From contig DAOUGZ010000137.1 in assembly GCA_034428955.1 (NCBI GenBank), forward strand, positions 3,277 to 67,276: DNA of 64,000 nucleotides, given 5' to 3'. The position numbers and the translations under genes are program-made. Positions 51,252-59,888 of this stretch are shown here, piece by piece; the stretch's first letter is position 1; the number at the start of each line of letters is the position of its first letter. Source of the DNA: Anaerolineae bacterium. Its GTDB lineage: Bacteria; Chloroflexota; Anaerolineae; SpSt-313. Under the pieces are notes generated by a model. The model saw only the letters and a program-made list of their open reading frames with translations, searched no databases and was not told the origin of the DNA.

Positions 51252-52325
51252 CTACTGGGTGATTCCCATATCCGCATAGAGGCCGGCAAAATCCAGGTTG
51301 GCTTCCAGAATGCGCTCAAAGCGCGCCACCTTTTTCGCCTGGTGGAAGCGCGTCTTGCCAAAGAACTGCTCAATGACCTCGACGGTGCTCAGCGTATCCT
51401 TGCGCACGAGGAGCATCGGCACGCCGACTTCTTCCGCCCGGCCCAGGATGATTGGGCTGGGGTGGAGGTTGCCGGTGAGGATCAGGCACTTGGTCGACGT
51501 CTCGAGAGCGGCCAACTGGATATCGGGCCGGTCGCCGCCGGTGATGACGGCCTTGTTGGGCTTGCGCCGGAAGTAGCTCAGCGCCGAATCCACGCTCATA
51601 GCGCCGACCATCAGGTTCTCCACCAGCTCGTCGACACGGTCGGTGCAGCAGAGGATCTCGGCACCCAACACCTGCGCCAGCTCGCGTACGCTGATAGAGA
51701 GCAGGATGCGCTCTTGGGGCAGCACGGCGTAGACCTTGACGCCGCGCGCCTCCAGGAAGGGAACAACCGTGTTCTGCACGAACTCGAGCCGTGGCCGCGG
51801 CACGGCGTTGATCACGGCGCCCAGCATCGAGTCGCCGAGTACCGCCTTGCTGCCCAGGATGTCGTCGACCACGCTGACCGTCTTGTACTTGACGACCACG
51901 AGTTCCCTGGCATTCAAGAGCTGGGATACCTCGGGTGTCGGCAGGCCCAGCATCGAGCCTTCCAGAAGGCTCGAGCCACCCTCGAGGAGCATGATGTCCT
52001 TCTCTTCCGCGACGCTCGCGAATATCTCCTGCAGGCGCTCGGGAAAGTGATTCCGCTCGCCCCGTAGGATCGCTTCGACATCGGCCGCGTCGAGGCAGAT
52101 CGGTGACAGCACGTTGGTAGGTTCCGTGAGTTGGAAGGTTTGCTTCATGAACTCGGCATCTTCGTCGATGCAGACCCCTCTCGCGCGCGACGCGTTCGTG
52201 CTGACGGGCTTGAGGTATCCGACCCGATAGCCGTCGCGAACGAACCGCTTTCCAAGGCCCACACACATGGCGCTCTTGCCCGAGAAGGTCTCCGGAGACG
52301 TGACGTACAGTGTAGCCATCACCAT
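51252..52325 (-). CDS. DRTGG domain protein (phosphotransacetylase N-terminal-like; BioD-like P-loop plus DRTGG), partner of ADP-forming ACS
   Basis: The DRTGG-like ITGGDRPD motif and an N-terminal P-loop-like TSPETFSGKS. Confidence 0.6.
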   Translation of the reverse strand: MVMATLYVTSPETFSGKSAMCVGLGKRFVRDGYRVGYLKPVSTNASRARGVCIDEDAEFMKQTFQLTEPTNVLSPICLDAADVEAILRGERNHFPERLQEIFASVAEEKDIMLLEGGSSLLEGSMLGLPTPEVSQLLNARELVVVKYKTVSVVDDILGSKAVLGDSMLGAVINAVPRPRLEFVQNTVVPFLEARGVKVYAVLPQERILLSISVRELAQVLGAEILCCTDRVDELVENLMVGAMSVDSALSYFRRKPNKAVITGGDRPDIQLAALETSTKCLILTGNLHPSPIILGRAEEVGVPMLLVRKDTLSTVEVIEQFFGKTRFHQAKKVARFERILEANLDFAGLYADMGITQ

Positions 52326-52372
52326 TCCCTCCTCTACGAGTGGCCTAGAGATGAGTCTAGCGCCTCGTCACT

Positions 52373-52422
52373 TGGCTGACAGGCATTGCCCTGCCGCGTT
52401 TGACAAGGCTTGCCTGTCAGCG
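52373..52422. terminator. 10-bp stem hairpin between the acd-like gene and the DRTGG gene
   Basis: gctgacaggca-22 nt-tgcctgtcagc. Confidence 0.35.
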
Positions 52423-52435
52423 CTACGGTGAAGCA

Positions 52436-54535
52436 CTACGTCGTACTGAGAACCAACCGCATGTCGACCGCTACGGCACCTGCTCCGGCCTCGCGAACCA
52501 GAAGTGGGTTGATGTCGAGTTCGACGATCTCTGGAAAGTCGGTTACGAGCTGGGAGATGCGCAGGATGCAATCGGTGATGGCGTCCAAGTCCGACGCCTT
52601 TTCGCCGCGCACGCCCTGCAACAGGTGGTACGAACGAATCTCGCTGACCATCTGCTGAGCGTCCTGCTCCGAGACAGGGGCGATGCGGAAGGTAACATCC
52701 TTTAGCACCTCCACATAGATGCCGCCCAAACCGAACATGATCATCGGCCCGAACTGCGGGTCGCGGTTCATGCCGATGATAATCTCCTTGGCCCCCGTGA
52801 CCATTTCCTGAATCTGCACGCCCCAGACTGTCGCCTCGGGCATGTAGCGGCGGGCACGGTAGACCAAGAGGTCATAGGCATCGCGGACATTAGCCGCGCC
52901 CATGACGCCAACCTTGATACCGCCGATATCGGACTTGTGCAGGATATCGGGCGAGGCGATCTTCATCACGACGGGATAGCCGATCTCCTCGGCGAACTGG
53001 ACGGCTTCGTCGGCCGTGGCGGCCAACTCGGAGCGCGGGATGCGCAGCCCATAGGCCTCGGCGATAACGCGCGCCTCGGCATCGCCCAGAGTATTGCGGC
53101 CATCCTCGCGCACCTTGGCGAACGTCTCCCGCACCTTTTCGCGGTCCACATCGAACTGCCTGATCTTGGGCGCGGGGCGCTCCAGCCAGCGGCGGTACTC
53201 GTACATGGCCCGCAGCGCGCTGGCGGCCCGCTCGGGGAACTGGTAGTTCGGGACCTTGTTCTCGTTCAGGATATGGATGCCGGACCCGACCTTCTCCTCG
53301 CCCATGAAGCAGCCGACGATCGGCTTGTCGTAGAGCTTGGCGAGGCGCACCACTTCGTTGGCCGTCTCGTCGATCTGCGTCGTGACCTGAGGGGTCAGCA
53401 CGACGATCAACGCGTCAACGTTGGGGTCCTTGAGCGCCGCTTCCATGCCCAGCGCATAGCGGTCGGCCAGGCCGTCGCCGAGAACGTCGATCGGGTTGTA
53501 GCAGTTGGCCGCCGGCGGCAGGTTGGCCTGGAGGTATTCTACGGTCTCTTTGCTGAGCTGAGCCAGCTTGAGGCCCGCCGTCTCCAGGGCGTCGGTGGCC
53601 ATAATCGCCGGCCCGCCGGCGTTGGTCACGATGGCGATACGGTTCCCCTTGAGCACCGGCTGATAAGCAAAGGCAATGGCATAGTCAAAGAGGTCCTGGA
53701 TCGAGTTCGCGCGCAGAATGCCGGACTGGCCAAAAGCGGCCTCGTAGGCCTTTGTGGAGCCGGCGAGGCTACCGGTATGCGACGAAACGGCCCGCGAACC
53801 GGCCGCCGTGTTGCCGGACTTGACCACGATAACCGGCTTGTGTTTGGTCACGTTCTGCGCCACGTCCATAAAGTGACGGCCGTCGCGCAGGCCCTCGATG
53901 TAGGCAATCATGACCTTGGTATTGGGGTCGCTCTCCCAGGCTTCCATGAGGTCGACTTCGTCCACATCGGCCTTGTTGCCGATGCTGACAAAGCGCGAGA
54001 AGCCGATGCCCTCGGCCAATGCCCAGTCTAGAATGGCCGAGCACAGCGCGCCGGACTGGGACATGAAGCCGATCTCGCCCCGCGGGGGCATGCCCGCCGG
54101 GAACCCAGAGGCGTTCAGCGACGAGGCGGTATCCATGACGCCCAAGCAGTTGGGGCCGACGATACGCACGCCATACTCTTTGGCGATGGCTACGGTTTCG
54201 CGCTCCAGCTTGGCGCCCTCAACCCCGGCCTCCTTAAAGCCGGCGCTGATAATGACGGCGCCCTTGACGCCCTTTTCCCCACATTGCTTGATGATGCCGG
54301 GGACGGCTTTGCCGGGCACCACAATGATAGCCAGATCAATAGCCTCAGGCACATCCAAGACCGAGGGATAGCACCGCAGGCCCATGATCTCTGTCGCCTT
54401 GGGGTTGATAGGAAAGACCTGACCCTTGTAGCCGTACTGCAGCAAGTTGTTCAGCACATTGTAGCCGAACTTGCCTGGCTCGCGCGCCGCACCGACTACG
54501 GCGACAGAACGCGGCGCGAAGAACATTTCCAACAT
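52436..54535 (-). CDS. acetate--CoA ligase (ADP-forming), fused alpha and beta domains (NDP-forming acyl-CoA synthetase)
   Basis: CoA-binding N-terminus FFAPRSVAVVGAAREPGKFG, a succinyl-CoA-synthetase-like ligase domain and a C-terminal ATP-grasp. RBS gggaga. Confidence 0.85.
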   Translation of the reverse strand: MLEMFFAPRSVAVVGAAREPGKFGYNVLNNLLQYGYKGQVFPINPKATEIMGLRCYPSVLDVPEAIDLAIIVVPGKAVPGIIKQCGEKGVKGAVIISAGFKEAGVEGAKLERETVAIAKEYGVRIVGPNCLGVMDTASSLNASGFPAGMPPRGEIGFMSQSGALCSAILDWALAEGIGFSRFVSIGNKADVDEVDLMEAWESDPNTKVMIAYIEGLRDGRHFMDVAQNVTKHKPVIVVKSGNTAAGSRAVSSHTGSLAGSTKAYEAAFGQSGILRANSIQDLFDYAIAFAYQPVLKGNRIAIVTNAGGPAIMATDALETAGLKLAQLSKETVEYLQANLPPAANCYNPIDVLGDGLADRYALGMEAALKDPNVDALIVVLTPQVTTQIDETANEVVRLAKLYDKPIVGCFMGEEKVGSGIHILNENKVPNYQFPERAASALRAMYEYRRWLERPAPKIRQFDVDREKVRETFAKVREDGRNTLGDAEARVIAEAYGLRIPRSELAATADEAVQFAEEIGYPVVMKIASPDILHKSDIGGIKVGVMGAANVRDAYDLLVYRARRYMPEATVWGVQIQEMVTGAKEIIIGMNRDPQFGPMIMFGLGGIYVEVLKDVTFRIAPVSEQDAQQMVSEIRSYHLLQGVRGEKASDLDAITDCILRISQLVTDFPEIVELDINPLLVREAGAGAVAVDMRLVLSTT

Positions 54536-54796
54536 GGCAATTCTCCCGAGATGATTTGGATGGCGGACACACAACCTCGAATCATACACCTATCGACGCG
54601 TTTGGGCAAAAGTGAATTGTTTCACGAGTGGTCCGCCTACCGTGGCTACCGTGTGCAAAACCTGCTGCTCGGTGCTCACACAGTTAGCATGCCACAGGCC
54701 CGCAATCGTGTCAAGTACCTTCATTCGGGAGTCTTGCCTTGCGCATACTATATAACCCCCCGGGCCTGCGTTCGCTGCGGCATCTTCTGCCGATTG

Positions 54797-54825
54797 TTGA
54801 CACCCTGAGCAAGAGAGGTAATATA
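54797..54825 (+). promoter_or_regulatory. sigma70-like promoter TTGACA-N16/17-TAATAT
   Basis: gTTGACAccctgagcaagagaggTAATATact. The same TTGACACCCTG core as the promoter at 3103. Confidence 0.45.
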
Positions 54826-54866
54826 CTGGTAACGTTACCATGTTCCCAAACGGAAAGGAGACTCCT

Positions 54867-56864
54867 GTGGCTACTCTACCCTTCCGCCAGGTCCACCTCG
54901 ATTTCCACACCTCGCCGCTCATCCCCGACGTCGGCGCGAGCTTTGACCCCGACGCCTTTGCGCGCATGCTCAAGGATGCGGCCGTCAACTCGGTGACCGT
55001 CTTTGCTCGCTGCCATCACGGGCTCTGCTACTACCCGACGCAGGTGGCCACGCCCCACCCGAGCCTGAAGCGGGACCTGCTGGGCGAGATGATCGACGCC
55101 TGCCACCGCCAGGGGATCCAGGCGCCCATCTATATCACCGTCGTTTGGGATGAGCACGCCGCCACCGCCCACCCGGAATGGCGGCAGGTCAGCCGTGACG
55201 GCCGGCTCGTCGGCCGGCCGCCTCTCAGCAACGAATGGGGCTGGCAATGGCTGTGTATGAACTCGCCCTATGCCGACTATGTGGCCGCGCAGACTGAGGA
55301 AATCTGCCGCAACTATCCCGTAGACGGCATCTTTTTCGACATCGTCATGCAGACCAAGCCGGGCTGTGTGTGTACCCACTGCCTGAAGAGCATGGCCGAG
55401 CTGGGCCTCGACCCGGCCAATGACGAGCATCTGCAGCGGCATACGCTCATCGTGGAGCGCAACTTTATGCAGCGCATGACCGCGCTGGTGCACGCCTTCC
55501 ACCCCCAGGCGCGCGTCTTTTACAACTCGCGTCTGCGCTTGGATCCCGATGCGCAGACCGGGATGCGCGGCGAAGCCGACAGCTATACCCACTGGGAGAT
55601 CGAGTCGCTGCCTTCCGGCGGCTGGGGCTATAACCACTTCCCCCTCTTTGCCCGCTACTATCAGACGCTGGGCAAAGAGTACCTGGGCATGACCGGCCGC
55701 TTCCACCTCTCCTGGGCGGACTTTGGCGGCATGAAGAACCCGGCCGCGTTGGAGTACGAATGCCTCCGCCAGTTGGCCCTCGGCGGGCAATGCTCCATCG
55801 GCGACCAGCTCCACCCGCGCGGCGCGCTGGACCCGGCCGTGTACGAACTGATCGGCGCCGTCTACCGGCAGGTGGAGGCGTGCGAGCCCTGGTGTACCGA
55901 CGCCGTGCCCCAGGCCGAGATCGGTGTGCTCATGCCCGGTGCGGTGGACCATCACTTTGAGAGCCGGGCGCGGGAGATCCTCGAGGGCACCATGCGCCTG
56001 CTGGCCGAGCTGGGGCAGCAGTTCCACATCCTCGACAACGCCGCCGACCTGAGCCGCTACCGGCTGATCGTCGCGCCCGACGAAGTGGCCTTTGGTCCCG
56101 CCCTGGCCGCCAAGGTGGGCGACTACCTCGCCGGCGGTGGCTCGCTCCTCCTCTCCCATCGCTCCGGCCTGGGGCCCGACGGCCGCTTTGCTTTGGATGA
56201 AATCGGCCTGGACTATCTCGGCGAGGCCCCCTATGCGCCCAACTATTTCCACGTCGCCGGCGAGCCCAACGCCCTCACCCAGGGCATCCCGCCCACCGAC
56301 TATGTGCTCTACGAGGCGGGCAGCCGCGTGCAGGTGCGGCCGGGCACGGAGGAACTCGTGGCGGAGGCCATCCCCTACTTTAACCGCACCTGGGACCATT
56401 TCTGCTCCCACCGGCAGACCCCGGCAGAGGGCCCCAGCGGTTACCCGCTCGTCACGCGGCGGGGGCGGGTCATCTACTTTGCCGGCCCCATCTTTTACGC
56501 CTTCCAGGTCTACGGCAACGGCGTCTACAAGGCGCTCCTGAAGAACGCCATCGACGCCCTCCTGCCGGACCCCCTCGTGCGCACCGGGCTCCCCTCTGCC
56601 GGCGAGGTCACCCTCCTGGCCCAGGGCGAGCGGCTGGTGTGCCACCTCCTCTACTACACCCCGCAGCGGCGCAGTATCCGGGTAGACATCGTCGAGGACG
56701 TCGTGCCGCTCTACAACGTGCCGCTCGCCGTGCGCACGGAAATCAAGCCCAAGCGCGTCTACCTCGCGCCGCAGGGGCAGGACATTCCTTTTGAGCGCGA
56801 CGGCGCGTACGTGCGCTGCACCGTGCCCGAGGTGCGCGGGCACCAGATGGTCGTGGTGGAATAA
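54867..56864 (+). CDS. GHL6-like glycoside hydrolase-like protein with a C-terminal beta-galactosidase-trimerisation-like region
   Basis: GTG at 54867 lies 6 nt after aaaggag. The N-terminus VHLDFHTSPLIPDVGASFDPDAFARMLKDAAVNSVTVFARCHHGLCYYPT resembles the putative glycosyl-hydrolase-like 6 family. Confidence 0.55.
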   Translation: MATLPFRQVHLDFHTSPLIPDVGASFDPDAFARMLKDAAVNSVTVFARCHHGLCYYPTQVATPHPSLKRDLLGEMIDACHRQGIQAPIYITVVWDEHAATAHPEWRQVSRDGRLVGRPPLSNEWGWQWLCMNSPYADYVAAQTEEICRNYPVDGIFFDIVMQTKPGCVCTHCLKSMAELGLDPANDEHLQRHTLIVERNFMQRMTALVHAFHPQARVFYNSRLRLDPDAQTGMRGEADSYTHWEIESLPSGGWGYNHFPLFARYYQTLGKEYLGMTGRFHLSWADFGGMKNPAALEYECLRQLALGGQCSIGDQLHPRGALDPAVYELIGAVYRQVEACEPWCTDAVPQAEIGVLMPGAVDHHFESRAREILEGTMRLLAELGQQFHILDNAADLSRYRLIVAPDEVAFGPALAAKVGDYLAGGGSLLLSHRSGLGPDGRFALDEIGLDYLGEAPYAPNYFHVAGEPNALTQGIPPTDYVLYEAGSRVQVRPGTEELVAEAIPYFNRTWDHFCSHRQTPAEGPSGYPLVTRRGRVIYFAGPIFYAFQVYGNGVYKALLKNAIDALLPDPLVRTGLPSAGEVTLLAQGERLVCHLLYYTPQRRSIRVDIVEDVVPLYNVPLAVRTEIKPKRVYLAPQGQDIPFERDGAYVRCTVPEVRGHQMVVVE

Positions 56865-56870
56865 CCCTAA

Positions 56871-56921
56871 CCCCTCTCCGGCGCTGTCTCATCGCAACGT
56901 TCGTCCAGCGCCGGAGAGGGG
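56871..56921 (+). terminator. 16-bp perfect-stem hairpin terminator
   Basis: cccctctccggcgctg-loop-cagcgccggagagggg, immediately after the stop at 56864. Confidence 0.6.
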
Positions 56922-57239
56922 CCATGCCCCTGGCGCCACGCGCGTGCAGACCGGCCCCGCGCTCCCATGGAATATGACTCTGACCGCCAGTGCACACGGG
57001 GGCCTGGGGGTGTATGCCGGCGGAGGCGCTCCCCCTCTCCCTTGCTGGAGTGGTGTAGGTCCAACACAGCGCGGGGGAGGGGGCAGGGGGAGGGGTCTTC
57101 TACGCCGACAACTTGCCATGTCCTGCTCAAGTTATCGCCTATGGTACCCCAGGGTCCCCGGAACCCAGGGGTACTCAGGGTGACAAATGCACTTTGCCCC
57201 CAAGCTGAACTGGTCATAGACGACTACATCACTTGCATA

Positions 57240-57440
57240 GAGCGCGGAAAAGTGCTAATCTTGGGGCAACCGACTATCAATGTGGGCCAAAGGGGCCGCG
57301 CGTTGAGCACCGAAGCAGACACATGCCGTCGGTATGTGCTCCCCAAGCTGATTGCCGCCAATTACCCCGATGCCGCCCCCTTCGATCTCCTTTGCCATGT
57401 GGCCTACAACGCGCCCCTGCGCACCCGCCACGAGGGGGGA
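57240..57440 (+). pseudogene. fragment of a type I / type III restriction enzyme R-subunit N-terminus (HSDR_N-like)
   Basis: ALSTEADTCRRYVLPKLIAANY (57306..57366) matches the (S/N)EADTRxKxIDPxLxxAGW motif at R-subunit N-termini. No helicase or nuclease body follows. Confidence 0.4.
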
Positions 57441-57904
57441 AAGGGTCCTGACAGGAAGGGGATTGGCAAAAAGTCGCGGCGCCGTGTCAGGGATGCTGAG
57501 AGCCTGACAGGGAAGATCGGACGCCAATACGGGGCTCCGCGCAACGCGTAGGCCGGCGTTTCCATACCCGGCACCCTATATTCCGCCCGATATGGCGCTC
57601 AGGCCGACCCTGGGCCCTGTGTGCATCCATCGCTGCCAATCGCACTTGCGAGATCTGGCATGCGGCAGACGGAGACGGCGGGCCTATTCTGCCATTGTAC
57701 CAGCTTGCACCTCTATACACAAGTTATGCATTAGAGGTGCCGCGCTAGGTGAGCTTGGGGGGGTACGCTGACGCTATATGGCTCGCTCAGGCTGTTTGCC
57801 GGACGGAAAGGGTGGCCTTCGCAGGCCGTCGTGCCTGTTCGCGGGGCGAGGCGCGGCAATCGCGCTCCTGTGTCGCTGTAGATCGGTCACGGCCGCTGGT
57901 GGGG

Positions 57905-58330
57905 CACGTCCTCGGCTCGCTTGTCTTTCTGCTTGTGTGGCTTGGCGCCTCCTGCCGCTCGCGGAGGACTCCCTTGCTTGATGTTGGGGGAGTCCCGTGC
58001 GAGCGTATCACGGCCAATTTGCGCGCGGCGGCATGTTGAGCGAGCCCGGGATGTGGTCCGGAAAGCGCTAGATCACACTGTCCTCAGCTCGCTTGCCTTT
58101 CCGCTTGTGTGGCTTGGCGCCTCCTGCCGCTCGCGGAGGACTCCCTTGCTTGATGTTGGGGGAGTCCCGTGCGAGCGTATCACGGCCAATTTGCGCGCGG
58201 CGGCATGTTGAGCGAGCCCGGGATGTGGTCCGGAAAAGGCTAGGTCACGCACGTCCCCAGCTTGCTCCTCTGGCGCCAAGGCGCTGGCCGGCGCCTCCTG
58301 CCGTTTGCGGAGGACATGGGTGTGGTACGG
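57905..58330. repeat. tandem direct repeat, period 172 bp, two near-identical copies plus a degenerate third
   Basis: The unit starting ggctcgcttgtctttctgcttgtgtggcttggcgcctcctgccgctcgcggaggactccc... recurs exactly 172 bp later with a few substitutions. Each unit contains the hairpin GGACTCCC-N14-GGGAGTCC, and its terminal gctcgc/gcgagc could close a stem. Confidence 0.7.
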
Positions 58331-58386
58331 CGGCGCGCGCCCGCCACAATGCCCTCGAGCATGTGCGCGCCCAACGGCGGATACCC

Positions 58387-59607
58387 TCAGTCGTCCCCAT
58401 CCGCCGCCGCGAGCCCATTCCCATCACCAGCGTCTTCGGCGCCAAATTGCGCAAGCTTGCTGGGATCGAACTCGATATACTCTACCGACGTCTTCTTGAC
58501 GCCGATCTGGTTCTCAATCAACAGATCCAGAAGCTTCTCTCCGTCGATAAGGGTGATCGGAGCTGCACCGTGCTCGAAGGCAGCGTTTATAGTTCCTTTG
58601 CTGAAGGAGCCGGTGGTGATGATCGTGCCGCGCATGGCGCCAAAGCGATGCAATGAGCCGCGAAGCCCGTCGAGGGTATGGCGATGGATGCTGCCCTTGT
58701 GCCGCTTGACCTGCACAACCTCGCGCACTGATGAGATGCCGACTTCAAAGTTGGCAACTACATCCACACCCTTGTCGTTTGTGGGTGAGGTCACCTGGAT
58801 GCCGGTGTAGCCCATCTCTTGCAGCAGCAGGCCAATCAGCTCCTCAAACCTATAGGGGTCCATGGCCGTCAGGTGATCGCTGAGCTGGGCGCGGCCTTGT
58901 TTGCTCAATTCCCTGGCTAGTCTCTGCAACTCGGACTCTTGCCTTCCCGTACCTGGACCGGCAACCAGGTCAGCATGCTTGTCGAGGTAGGCAATCCCGC
59001 TGTCAGTGATTGCATAGCTCTGGCCACGCCGGGCAACATACCCGCGGTCGATGAGATTCACGAGCCGGTCGTATAGTGATTTCTTGATTACTCCCTCGCT
59101 GCGATAGTTGGTAGAGGCCTGGCAGAAGGCACCATAGCCGGGCAAAAGTTCGCTGCGCTTACTGGCCCCAGAGCCAGCCAAGAGCTCGAGAATGACCAGG
59201 ATCCCCTCGTAGGCGTCGATTTGGGCGACAATCTGTCCTGCTGGCTCATCCAGGAAGCGCTGCCCGCGTTTGGTGATGCGCAGCAGTCCTTGCTCGTCCT
59301 CCATGAGTTCGTGCGTCCTGCACAAGTACCACGGTCCCCATAGGTAGCGTGGGTTCAGTTCCCGCTTTGACTCGTGCCAGATGCGCAGTGCCAACGCTTG
59401 TTCCTCACCAGTCAATCGTTCAGGTGCCCAGCTATCAGGGTCCGTCCAGTCGACCGTGGCCTGTGGGTTCCCACGCTGCTCAAAGATGGTGTTGTAGGTG
59501 CTTCGGAAGAGCGCATAGGGCACGCCATTCAGGATGCGCAGAAAGTGCTGTGCAGTCCGATACTCCGGAAGCTCAGGGGTGAGGGATCGGGTGCTGTCTT
59601 CGCCCAT
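58387..59607 (-). CDS. Mrr-family type IV restriction endonuclease with an extended roughly 270-aa N-terminal region
   Basis: The C-terminal Mrr_cat PD-(D/E)xK core DPYRFEELIGLLLQEMGY...NDKGVDVV...VQVKR. RBS aaaggagg. Upstream promoter TTGGCA-N16-TACAAT. Confidence 0.7.
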   Translation of the reverse strand: MGEDSTRSLTPELPEYRTAQHFLRILNGVPYALFRSTYNTIFEQRGNPQATVDWTDPDSWAPERLTGEEQALALRIWHESKRELNPRYLWGPWYLCRTHELMEDEQGLLRITKRGQRFLDEPAGQIVAQIDAYEGILVILELLAGSGASKRSELLPGYGAFCQASTNYRSEGVIKKSLYDRLVNLIDRGYVARRGQSYAITDSGIAYLDKHADLVAGPGTGRQESELQRLARELSKQGRAQLSDHLTAMDPYRFEELIGLLLQEMGYTGIQVTSPTNDKGVDVVANFEVGISSVREVVQVKRHKGSIHRHTLDGLRGSLHRFGAMRGTIITTGSFSKGTINAAFEHGAAPITLIDGEKLLDLLIENQIGVKKTSVEYIEFDPSKLAQFGAEDAGDGNGLAAADGDD

Positions 59608-59636
59608 GGATCACGCCTCCTTTCCACTGTGCTGAT

Positions 59637-59664
59637 ATTGTACCAGCTTGTGCACCTTTGCCAA
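59637..59664 (-). promoter_or_regulatory. Mrr promoter TTGGCA-N16-TACAAT (minus strand); part of a 21-bp repeat also present at 57694
   Basis: The reverse complement of 59637..59664 reads TTGGCAaaggtgcacaagctggTACAAT, about 30 nt upstream of the ATG at 59607. Confidence 0.5.
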
Positions 59665-59888
59665 GCTGCGCATTGGTGTGTTGTGCATGGTAGGGGAGGT
59701 GCCTTGCCAATAGGCTGGCAAGGTTGGGCCGCACGGTCTAGATCGCTCGCCAGGCGGCAGGGGGTGATCTCCACAGGTGGTTGCGCGTGAGCAGAGCCAC
59801 GGGCGAGCAAGAATGGTTACCGGCCTGTCCGCATCTGGGCGGCGCCGGAGTGGGGATGGCGCTTCCTGTTCGTGCTCCAAACCCCGCA

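Noticed and set aside
57749-58211. Two 96-aa plus-strand ORFs (57749..58039 and 57921..58211) with identical C-terminal halves
   Set aside because: They read through successive copies of the 172-bp tandem repeat. The identity comes from the DNA repeat, the composition is low-complexity, and there is no RBS. They were treated as non-coding.
57905-58330. Possible CRISPR array
   Set aside because: The repeat unit is 172 bp with no unique spacers between units, which rules out CRISPR. There are no cas genes in the window.
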